Origin: an uncultured delta proteobacterium
GTDB taxonomy: Bacteria; Desulfobacterota; Desulfobacteria; Desulfobacterales; QNYZ01
NCBI GenBank assembly: GCA_963845145.1
Contig: CAWJQU010000002.1
Coordinates: 512,001 to 576,000 of the forward strand
Reading direction: 5' to 3'
DNA length: 64,000 nucleotides
Below are positions 39,962-48,119 of this stretch, piece by piece. Position numbers and translations under genes: made by a program. The notes beneath the pieces are model-generated. The model saw only the letters and a program-made list of their open reading frames with translations. It searched no databases and was not told the origin of the DNA. The stretch's first letter is position 1. Every line of letters starts with the position of its first letter.

Positions 39962-40849
39962 ATGGCCTTACAGTTTGAACCGATTGATCTCCTGAAACAG
40001 GCTGCCTATACGCGTTATTACGATCAATGCTCACAGAAAACATCGGATTACAGCTTTGTCAACCTGTGGGGATGGGCAGCGGCCTATGGTCTGAAATGGG
40101 CATGGACTGATAATCTGGTATGGATAAAAGAGACCATTCCTGCCGAACGGTATTGGGCCCCGGTGGGCAACTGGAAAGATGTCGATTGGAATATAATTTT
40201 CAAACAACTGTTCGATATCGCCGGGAAGCCCGAGTTTATCCGGGTTCCCGAGGCATTGCTTCTTTCCTGGCAAAAGGCTTTGAAACAAGCCCTCATTGTC
40301 GAAGAAACCCGAGGGGACTGGGATTACCTGTATTCGGTGTCGGAATTGATTGAACTTAAAGGGAACCGGTATCATAAAAAGAAAAATTTACTCAACCAAT
40401 TCAAACGACGGTATACGTATCGATATCTCCCTTTCAACGCTTCATTAGTGGAAGCAGCCCTTGGCATGCAAAACGACTGGTGTACCTGGCGGGATTGTGA
40501 ATCGTCGGACATATTGTCAGCGGAAAACGAGGCCATCTCAAAAATTTTAAAAAACTGGGAAACACTGAGGCAGCTCATGGGAGGGGCTCTTTTTGTGGAT
40601 GATCGGATCGTTGCCTACACGATTGGTGAGCAACTCGACCCGACCACACTCGTCATTCATTTTGAAAAAGGTAACCCGGAGTTCAAGGGCGTTTACCAGG
40701 CCATTAATCAGATGTTTCTGGCCCGCTCAGCCGATACCTTTCACATTGTCAATCGCGAACAGGACTTAAATCAGGCCGGCCTTCGCAAGACAAAAGAATC
40801 CTACCATCCGGTCGAATATAATAAAAAATACCAGGTTTCCTTGAAGTAA
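39962..40849 (+). CDS. DUF2156 / lysylphosphatidylglycerol-synthase-like GNAT-fold protein
   Basis: SDYSFVNLWGW, DYLY, HKKKN, IHFEKG, NREQD, GLRKTKESYHP. Confidence 0.85.
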   Translation: MALQFEPIDLLKQAAYTRYYDQCSQKTSDYSFVNLWGWAAAYGLKWAWTDNLVWIKETIPAERYWAPVGNWKDVDWNIIFKQLFDIAGKPEFIRVPEALLLSWQKALKQALIVEETRGDWDYLYSVSELIELKGNRYHKKKNLLNQFKRRYTYRYLPFNASLVEAALGMQNDWCTWRDCESSDILSAENEAISKILKNWETLRQLMGGALFVDDRIVAYTIGEQLDPTTLVIHFEKGNPEFKGVYQAINQMFLARSADTFHIVNREQDLNQAGLRKTKESYHPVEYNKKYQVSLK

Positions 40850-40877
40850 CGCTTACAAAATCAATAAGGGGGTCAAA

Positions 40878-42788
40878 ATGAAACGTATGGGCGACATGCT
40901 GCTGACCCGGACACCTTTTGAGGAAATCGTTATGGGTAATACCGCCGTGGTGCGGGGCATGGTGGAGGCCGGCACCCGTGTGGTCACATCCTATCCCGGT
41001 TCACCCACCCCTGAAATTGCCACGGCCATTCTTTCCATTCCAAAAGATAAACGGCCGTTTTATTTCGAGTTCTCCGTCAATGAGAAGGTGGCCACCGAAG
41101 TGGCCTACGGCGCGGCGGTGAATGGTCATCTTGCCACGGTCTTTTTTAAAAGTGTCGGTCTGAATGTCGCTCTGGACACCTTTGTCCAGTTGAGCCTGAT
41201 GAATATCATCGGTGGCATGGTGATTATCTTAGGAGACGATCCAGGGGCCAACTCATCCCAGAACGAACAGGATAACCGCCATATTGCGCGAATGAGCTAC
41301 ACCCCGATCTTTGAACCGGCCAATCCCACGGAAGTTTATCATTTTTACAAAACCGCCGCCGCGTTTTCACAAAAACAGCATATGCCTGTCATCCTGCGCC
41401 TTACGACCCATGTCTGTCACGCCAAGGAGAAGGTCCGTTTTCAATCCTGGCATCCACCAGATGAAGACAGACGTCCCCGGTTCAATCCCGCCAACGGTCC
41501 TTATATTCCACTAACCGTTGATGTTTTCCCCAAAAAACAACGAGCGCTGGTAAACCTCGGGAAGACCGAAAAATTTTCCAACCACTCCGAGTTAAATCAG
41601 TGGATCGATAACGGCAACGCCGACAGAGGCATCATTACCGCTGGATTGCCGTTTTTATCGTTACTGGATCTCTTTGAATCCGATTCAAATAAATCAACCA
41701 AACTTTCCAGACCGAAGGCCGGCAGGCCCGACATATTAAAACTCGGCATTGTCTACCCCCTTGCCAATGACTTGGTTGAAAAGTTTTTAAAAACCCACCG
41801 GGAAGTGAAAGTACTCGAAGAGCTGGATAATGAACTGGAAAAAGAGATCAAAACCCTCGCGTTTGACAAACAAATACCTGTCCGGATTTTCGGGAAATCG
41901 GATATAGACGACTGGCACGGGGAGTACACGCCGGATAAGGTTCGCACCGTCCTTGAAAAGGTATGGCCGGACTTGCTCACGCCCCTTATTGTATCCGGCT
42001 CTATCAACATGGAAGTCCCCGCCCGTCCGGCCCAGATGTGCCCTGGTTGCGGACACCGTAGCGCCTTTCATGCCATTAAGCAGGCGCTTTCGGACACCGA
42101 TATCACCGTGGCCGATATCGGTTGCCATACACTCGGCTATCTACCGCCCTATGAGGTGGGACAACTGCTCATGTGTATGGGTGCCTCCACAGGTATGGGC
42201 TCTGGTTTGTCCCTGTTTAACGATACGCGCAAAGTCGTGGTTTTCATGGGGGACTCCACCTTTTTCCATGCCGGCTTACCGGGGATTATTAATGCCCTTT
42301 ATAACCGACACCCCATCACGATGATCCTGATGGAAAACGGGACCACCGCCATGACCGGACACCAGGGGCATCCGGCATCGGGACGTAATGTCAACCAGGC
42401 CACCGACGCCATCCCTCTGAAAAACGTGTTGGCGGGCCTGGGGGTTCCACATATTTACGAAGTGGACACCTATCAGCAGGCTAAATTAACCGAACTTGTA
42501 AAACAGGCTGTGGCCAATGATGCATTCAGCGTCGTCATCGCCCGGCACCCATGCATGCTGAAATTTGACCGGGAACAGCGCCGGAAGCCTGGTTTTAGCC
42601 GTCGGCAGGTGAATATCGAACAAAAAAAGTGTCAACGCATCCACGAATGCGTTGAAGTGTTTGGTTGTCCCAGTTTCACGCGCGCGGAGAACGGGCAAGT
42701 AACGATTAACAGCGACCTTTGTATCGGTGATGGCTCCTGTCGACAAACCTGTCCGGTAACAGCCATCACCAACCCTAAATCGGATTAG
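40878..42788 (+). CDS. iorA: Indolepyruvate:ferredoxin oxidoreductase alpha subunit
   Basis: YPGSPTPE, SSQNEQDNR, MCPGCGHR, GDSTFFHAG, C-terminal ferredoxin cysteines. Confidence 0.9.
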   Translation: MKRMGDMLLTRTPFEEIVMGNTAVVRGMVEAGTRVVTSYPGSPTPEIATAILSIPKDKRPFYFEFSVNEKVATEVAYGAAVNGHLATVFFKSVGLNVALDTFVQLSLMNIIGGMVIILGDDPGANSSQNEQDNRHIARMSYTPIFEPANPTEVYHFYKTAAAFSQKQHMPVILRLTTHVCHAKEKVRFQSWHPPDEDRRPRFNPANGPYIPLTVDVFPKKQRALVNLGKTEKFSNHSELNQWIDNGNADRGIITAGLPFLSLLDLFESDSNKSTKLSRPKAGRPDILKLGIVYPLANDLVEKFLKTHREVKVLEELDNELEKEIKTLAFDKQIPVRIFGKSDIDDWHGEYTPDKVRTVLEKVWPDLLTPLIVSGSINMEVPARPAQMCPGCGHRSAFHAIKQALSDTDITVADIGCHTLGYLPPYEVGQLLMCMGASTGMGSGLSLFNDTRKVVVFMGDSTFFHAGLPGIINALYNRHPITMILMENGTTAMTGHQGHPASGRNVNQATDAIPLKNVLAGLGVPHIYEVDTYQQAKLTELVKQAVANDAFSVVIARHPCMLKFDREQRRKPGFSRRQVNIEQKKCQRIHECVEVFGCPSFTRAENGQVTINSDLCIGDGSCRQTCPVTAITNPKSD

Positions 42789-42817
42789 CAAACCTGCTTG
42801 ATTAAGGATAATCGCTC

Positions 42818-43396
42818 ATGGAATCGAATCGATTCAGCATTTATTTAACCGGCGTCGGTGGGCAGGGAATCGGACTGATCAGTGAAATCATTTTACGCGC
42901 TGCGGACCATGCCGGATACCGGGTCAAGGCCGTAGACACCCATGGCCTGGCCCAACGCGGCGGCATTGTGGTATCTCAGATTCGTATGGGAAACCAAGTG
43001 TTCACGCCCTTGATTCCAAAAAACCAAGCCGATTTGGTCGTTGCCCTGGAAAGACATGAAGCGTTGCGAGCCATCAATGTTGCCTTGAAAGACCGTGGGA
43101 CCATTGTCTACTATAATACGGTCTGGCAGCCGCTGCCCGTTCGACTCAATCAGGGCCTGGAGGTCAACGAAGCGATGATCGCAGATGCCTGCCGTCACCG
43201 CCGGATTAAAGCACACCAGGTCTTTCACCCGGAGCTGGACGATCCCCGCATGCAAAATATCGCCGTTTTAGCGGTGATCGATCAACATGGCCTGATTCCC
43301 GGTATCGATACCGGACATTACGAGACGGCGATGGAGGATCTCATGGCGGGTCGGATGCTGGAAAAAAATATGGCCTTGTTTTCACAATCCCCCTGA
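42818..43396 (+). CDS. iorB: Indolepyruvate:ferredoxin oxidoreductase beta subunit
   Basis: GVGGQG, HGLAQRGG, EALR. Confidence 0.9.
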   Translation: MESNRFSIYLTGVGGQGIGLISEIILRAADHAGYRVKAVDTHGLAQRGGIVVSQIRMGNQVFTPLIPKNQADLVVALERHEALRAINVALKDRGTIVYYNTVWQPLPVRLNQGLEVNEAMIADACRHRRIKAHQVFHPELDDPRMQNIAVLAVIDQHGLIPGIDTGHYETAMEDLMAGRMLEKNMALFSQSP

Positions 43397-43433
43397 TGGT
43401 ATTAGGTCGATTATTCTAAGCGGAGCTGTTTAT

Positions 43434-44504
43434 ATGGATATTCATCGATCGACCGAATTTCGTTTTTGTACATCCATTCGTCTAACACCGATTCACCGCC
43501 ATTTCTATCGATTATTCCTGACCGTGATCGTGTTGGCTTTTTTATTAGCAGCACCTGTGGCAGCTAACGAGGAGGGCCCCGATCCCCAGTTCGGACTCGG
43601 TCCATTTCATGTACGCTCCCAATCCCCGGCCCACAGCCCTCGCCTGACACCAGTACCCAGAGTTCCTGAAAAAATTATCCCAGGGCGCTTTCAAGCGTGG
43701 GCGGGAGGCACCTGGACCAATATCTGGGCGGAAGACAAACGCTATTTTCTCGACTATGAAATGCTCAATCTCGATGCCGAGTTGCGCTATGGCGTGACCC
43801 CACGGCTATTAATCGCTCTGGGATACAACTATCGATCCTATTTCGGCGGTGGTCTGGATGGATTCATTCAAGGGTTTCATGATGCCCTGAATATCGAACA
43901 ACAAGGTCGCGATGAGGTCCCCCGCAATCAATCGCGAATGACTTTTTATGACCCTGAAGGCAATGCCTTCATCGATAGGGAAAGCGCCAGCAGCCTTCAA
44001 AATGGCGGGATCAGCATCACCGGCAAATACATCCTGCACAATGGCACCGATTACTTGCCGGCTGCCAGTATCTCCGGTACCCTAAAATACTGGACCAACA
44101 TGTCGGATTCAAGTGGCAATGATGTTCCGGTCGACTTCGGTTTGACCCTGGGACTATCCAAACGCTGGACTGACCGCTGGTACACCTATTTCTCGGGTGC
44201 GTTCACCTATCATGTTGAAAATGAATTTCTGGGTTTAACATTTGACGACACCATTTTATCAGCTGTTCTCGGCCTGGAGTGGCGCTGGCGCCCAACCCTG
44301 TCGCTTATCGTCCAATATCTGGCCATAGAAGGCGCCCTGGAAGATTTCGGCCAATTAAGCGACCCATCCCAGGAAATCACCATGGGGCTGAAATGGCAAT
44401 TTGTGGAAACCAGCGTCTTGGAGCTCGGTGTGGTCGAAAACATTATCAACCACGACAACAGCCCGGATTTCGGCCTGCATGTGATGGTGACGCATCAATT
44501 TTAG
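43434..44504 (+). CDS. Outer-membrane beta-barrel protein, DUF3187-like
   Basis: Signal peptide, GGLDGFIQGFH, ENIINHDNSPDFG, terminal Phe. Confidence 0.75.
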   Translation: MDIHRSTEFRFCTSIRLTPIHRHFYRLFLTVIVLAFLLAAPVAANEEGPDPQFGLGPFHVRSQSPAHSPRLTPVPRVPEKIIPGRFQAWAGGTWTNIWAEDKRYFLDYEMLNLDAELRYGVTPRLLIALGYNYRSYFGGGLDGFIQGFHDALNIEQQGRDEVPRNQSRMTFYDPEGNAFIDRESASSLQNGGISITGKYILHNGTDYLPAASISGTLKYWTNMSDSSGNDVPVDFGLTLGLSKRWTDRWYTYFSGAFTYHVENEFLGLTFDDTILSAVLGLEWRWRPTLSLIVQYLAIEGALEDFGQLSDPSQEITMGLKWQFVETSVLELGVVENIINHDNSPDFGLHVMVTHQF

Positions 44505-44601
44505 TTAAAGAGCATGGGTCGGAGATTTGCATATTCAGTTTTCAGAGAAAAATAATCCAATCAGATAATCCTTACTTCTAAATATGGTATCGGTATCCAC
44601 G
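44320..44601 (+). repeat. About 280 bp direct repeat, copy 1 (3' end of DUF3187 gene plus downstream DNA)
   Basis: Matches 45577-45850 except for 2 substitutions and 2 small indels. Confidence 0.97.
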
Positions 44602-44750
44602 TAACTAAGCCTCCTTTAGTGGAAAACGGAAAAGTACACTAAATGGGGGGAAATATTTTTCGGTCTGCAACAACCTGAGTTATATTACCTTTTAAAACAA
44701 AGGTTACGGAGTATAATTTTCAGTTCACTAGCCTAATGTAAGGGGCTGTC

Positions 44751-44939
44751 ATGAGCATAAGCAAGGTCATTAAAAAATATAAATTCAATGAACAACCGAA
44801 TGATTTTATTTTTTGGCAATCAAGATCATATGAAGAGCGGTTGGACGCCTTAGAGCAAATACGAAAAGAATATAATTCATGGAGATATAATGCTGAGCAA
44901 GGACTTCAAAGAGTTTATCGAATTGTTAAACGGACATAA
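44751..44939 (+). CDS. Small protein preceding the nucleotidyltransferase (putative antitoxin)
   Basis: 62 aa, FWQSRSYEERL..LE.IR...QGLQRVYRIVK; overlaps the NTase start; AT-rich. Confidence 0.7.
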   Translation: MSISKVIKKYKFNEQPNDFIFWQSRSYEERLDALEQIRKEYNSWRYNAEQGLQRVYRIVKRT

Positions 44940-45327
44940 TGTCAGATATTTGGTGGTTGGTGGATATGCCGTCGCATTTCACGGAAATCCACGCTATACC
45001 AAAGATCTAGATGTATGGATTGATCTCTCGTCGGAAAACGCTGATAATGTTATAAGTGCTCTTGAAGAATTTGGTTTTGAATCTTTGGGGCTCAAGCCCG
45101 AGGATTTCCTTGAAAGTGACCAGATTATCCAACTTGGTTATCCTCCGAATAGAATCGATATTATGACGACATTAAAAGAAATTAAATTTGAGGACTGCTA
45201 TAAAGCAAAAGTTGAGGTTGATATTCAAGGTCTCAAAATAAATTTTATTGATCTCGAAAATTTAAAACAAAATAAAAGGGCTACCGGTCGTCCGCAAGAT
45301 TTGGCCGATGCAGAAAATTTAGAATAA
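44890..45327 (+). CDS. Pol-beta-superfamily nucleotidyltransferase (DUF6036/AbiEii-like)
   Basis: YLVVGGYAV..HG.PRYTKDLD and C-terminal K...GRPQDLAD. Confidence 0.85.
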   Translation: MLSKDFKEFIELLNGHNVRYLVVGGYAVAFHGNPRYTKDLDVWIDLSSENADNVISALEEFGFESLGLKPEDFLESDQIIQLGYPPNRIDIMTTLKEIKFEDCYKAKVEVDIQGLKINFIDLENLKQNKRATGRPQDLADAENLE

Positions 45328-45340
45328 TCAAGAGCGAAAC

Positions 45341-45580
45341 GGCCATGACTTTTTCCGTATCACCCAGATCGGCAACCATTCGGAGCGAATCCGAAATAAT
45401 GACGTCAAAGGGTTGGCTGAAGTCGTAGATATTCCGACGCAGCGTCTCACACGAACCACGCGGCGTTGTTTTCCTGGTTCATCTGTTGCAGGTGTTCTTG
45501 CCAAAAATACCAGTTCCCAAGCATGGTGCCGGCGAGGTCTTCTCCCAGCTCATCGCTATAGACCAATCGTGCAAAATGGC
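45341..45580 (-). pseudogene. Internally deleted fragment of a second penicillin-acylase allele
   Basis: Corresponds to 48270-48386 joined to 48596-48724 at CGAACC microhomology; many synonymous differences from the resident gene. Confidence 0.9.
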
Positions 45581-45850
45581 CATAGAAGGCGCCTTGGAAG
45601 ATTTCGGCCAATTAAGCGACCCATCCCAGGAAATCACCATGGGGCTGAAATGGCAATTTGTGGAAACCAGCGTCTTGGAGCTCGGTGTGGTCGAAAACAT
45701 TATCAACCACGACAACAGCCCGGATTTCGGCCTGCATGTGATGGTGACACATCAATTTTAGTTAAAGAGCATGGGTCGAGATTTGCATATTCAGTTTTCA
45801 GAGAAAAATAATCCAATCAGATAATCCTTACTTCTAAATATGTATCCACG
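45577..45850 (+). repeat. About 275 bp direct repeat, copy 2 (orphan DUF3187 3' fragment)
   Basis: Near-identical to 44320-44601. Confidence 0.97.
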
Positions 45851-46087
45851 GTCGCCATCATCCCCAAGAATAGATGGTATCACAGGTTTTTAGCCTTGTT
45901 GGAATAATAGATTTCGGGTAAGATTTTGTAGGTCATTTGGGCAAGATGTTCTCAATTTATGTCGCGGGTTTTGTTATGTTGTGGGAATTCAGCTTATTTC
46001 ATTCATTTTCTTCTTTCTAATACTAAAAAAGTTTATGTCATTCTTTTAATTCCTTTCTAAGCCACCTGACTCCGTGGTATAATATTT

Positions 46088-46310
46088 CAACGGGAGAAAG
46101 GGACAAGTAATAAGGAAAAAATCCTTTATCCCTTGCTGTTTGAAAAGCTGTGTTTAGTGGGCTTTAGGCTAAAGGAGAAGCAATTCTCATGGAACTCGAC
46201 CCCAGGATTGAAAGGAAAACCGGAAGTCCTATTAAAGGGCCTTACCACTTTGTTAAGATGGTTTGGAGTTCAACCGCAGGGGTGTCCTGCCTGGTTGGAA
46301 TTATGTTGCG
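46088..46310 (+). ncRNA. Candidate structured small RNA (alternatively a 47-aa ORF at 46189-46332)
   Basis: Extended -10 TGGTATAAT upstream, several hairpins including GAGAA-GCAA-TTCTC, 10 GGA motifs. No family recognised. Confidence 0.3.
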
Positions 46311-46603
46311 AACAAATATAACAAATGTGTAATTAACTTTGTAACCTATTTTTATTGTTCGGAATAATGAAATATTTGGCATTCGTTAAAAATCACTACA
46401 ATTTCAATAGGATAGGAGCACTCGCAACATAACTCAATACATCACCGGTTGCCATATTCCAGGTTTTTGATATGGATGAGAAATAAAGATCAGTAGACAT
46501 CATATATCGGTTATAATTACACCACCCACCGTAAACAATTTGGATTTTTTGGTTACCCTCTCTTACCGAGCAAATTTTTCTCCTTTCAAGTACTTAATAT
46601 ATT

Positions 46604-46620
46604 ATTATTTGACAAATAAT
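46604..46620. promoter_or_regulatory. Perfect palindrome overlapping TTGACA upstream of the Gly-rich gene
   Basis: ATTATTTG-A-CAAATAAT. Confidence 0.4.
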
Positions 46621-46679
46621 TTTAAATATTATAGGTCATTTACGGAAAATAATAGTGACTTCCATAACAAGGAGTTCTG

Positions 46680-47393
46680 GTGATGACAGACAAAAATTAT
46701 AACAAAAACCGTCGAAAATTATTGAAACTAATTGCTGTGGGGACAGGTACTGTAGTCGGGGGTCAGTTACTGCCTGAGACTTGGACTAAGCCAGTTGTGG
46801 ACTTTATCGTGCTTCCCGCACATGCGCAGACTTCCCAACCAATCATTGGGTCTGATTTTCCGGCTTCCTACACCGTGCCCGGTCGGTACGACTTCATTGT
46901 GCCTGCAGGCGTTAACAGTATTAATGTTGAAATGTCAGCTGGTGGTGGTGGTGGTGGTGGTGCGGCTAGGGATGATGCGGGTAGTGGTGGTGATGGTGAG
47001 CTCGTCAACACGGTGTTGAATGTCACTCCAGGTGAGTTATTGGTAATCGTCGTTGGTGCAGGCGGTACAGGCGGTGGTGGTTATGATCCGGCAACGGAGT
47101 CTGGATTTGCCAGCGGCGGTGGCCGGATGTCTTCTGTTGGTTCACTGACAGCAAGCAGTGGCGGTGGCGGTGGCGGTGGCGAAGGCCCCGGATCGGTTGA
47201 TGGAGAAGACGGGGAAGGCCCAAGTGGCGGCACAGGTGGCGCAAGTGGCCCCGCCGGCCCCTTGCTGGTGGGCGGGGACGGAGGTACTGGCGGTGGTGCA
47301 GCAGGAGGTGCAGGTGCAACTGGGAGACCAGATTGGCCAAATGGTGGTAATGACGGATCTGATGGAGAAAATGGATTTGTTTATCTTTCCTAG
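46680..47393 (+). CDS. Exported glycine-rich protein with twin-arginine-like leader
   Basis: NRRKLLK...WTKPVV...LPAHAQTS leader; FIVPAGVNSINVEMSAGGGGGG...GENGFVYLS Gly-rich domain; RBS AAGGAG. Confidence 0.8.
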   Translation: MMTDKNYNKNRRKLLKLIAVGTGTVVGGQLLPETWTKPVVDFIVLPAHAQTSQPIIGSDFPASYTVPGRYDFIVPAGVNSINVEMSAGGGGGGGAARDDAGSGGDGELVNTVLNVTPGELLVIVVGAGGTGGGGYDPATESGFASGGGRMSSVGSLTASSGGGGGGGEGPGSVDGEDGEGPSGGTGGASGPAGPLLVGGDGGTGGGAAGGAGATGRPDWPNGGNDGSDGENGFVYLS

Positions 47394-47589
47394 TCTGCAT
47401 AAAAAAATTTTTTAATATTTTTTCCTTTCGACAACAGAAAATGCGGTTTTGTCCGGTTTCTTAAATCAGTTGCGAACCACCACGTCTCCTGATAATTCCA
47501 ACTCAAATATGATGTAAGCGGGTGGGAATCGGAAATAGATGGGCACCATATATTTCCGATAATTTTATTACCTTATCAGGCGGTACTAT

Positions 47590-47852
47590 CTCCAACTCAT
47601 CCCCGTCAGAGCACAATTCCATATTGAGTAAAAAACTGAAGCAGGCTGACTTGTGATATCCTCACTTAAGGGGATGGGCTTGAGGTGGGGATATAACATG
47701 GTCATCTTTTTATTCTGATGGTCGTCAAAATCTAGCATGACTCCAACTTATGACCACTAAGCCAATTCTCTCAATTGAATAAAAATCGACAAAAATGTGA
47801 CTTGTGATATCATCATGATAGTGGATTGGGCTGACCTGGCGATATATCATGG
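47590..47852. repeat. Degenerate direct repeat with a 151 bp period
   Basis: CTCCAACTYAT at 47590/47741; 55-bp cores 47647-47701 and 47798-47852 match at 42/55 ungapped. Confidence 0.75.
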
Positions 47853-47899
47853 ATAGTGGCATTTGTGAGACTTTATCTATCAGATCTTTTTTTCAAAAA

Positions 47900-48064
47900 T
47901 GATGAAAACGTAAAAAGTCATCAAAAGGGATGGCAAAGTAATCCGCCAAAGGCGGACAAGTTCAAGGCGTCGCGAATCCCGTGTGATGAGGCGTACTTTT
48001 CGTACGCCGCAATCACGACGGAATGAAGCGCAACGCAGAAATTGGGCTTTATACGAAGCCATCA
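47900..48064. mobile_element. MITE-like non-coding element with imperfect terminal inverted repeats
   Basis: TGATGAAAACGTAAAAAGT ... GCTTTATACGAAGCCATCA; internal hairpins TCCGCC-AAA-GGCGGA and GGCGTAC-N5-GTACGCC; end sequence recurs at 61047. Confidence 0.65.
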
Positions 48065-48119
48065 AAAATGAGTCTTTTATTTTTATAGATATGACGATTT
48101 TATTTCGGGAAGACCTCTT

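Noticed and set aside
44601..45340. Integron cassette or prophage att sites around the NTase pair
   Set aside because: No RYYYAAC/GTTRRRY attC pair, integrase or tRNA target was recognised.
45486..45761. 91-aa ORF as a real gene
   Set aside because: It is a chimera of antisense acylase sequence and the duplicated DUF3187 tail.
45850..45960. IS5-like transposase remnant (RNLLFQQG*KPVIP...GDRGY on the minus strand)
   Set aside because: Too short, contains a stop, and the motif order is wrong.
46135..46195. c-di-GMP-I riboswitch (CTAAAG-stem-ATGG resembles the tetraloop receptor)
   Set aside because: Lacks the GGCAAA and GCAAAG core elements and a P1 stem.
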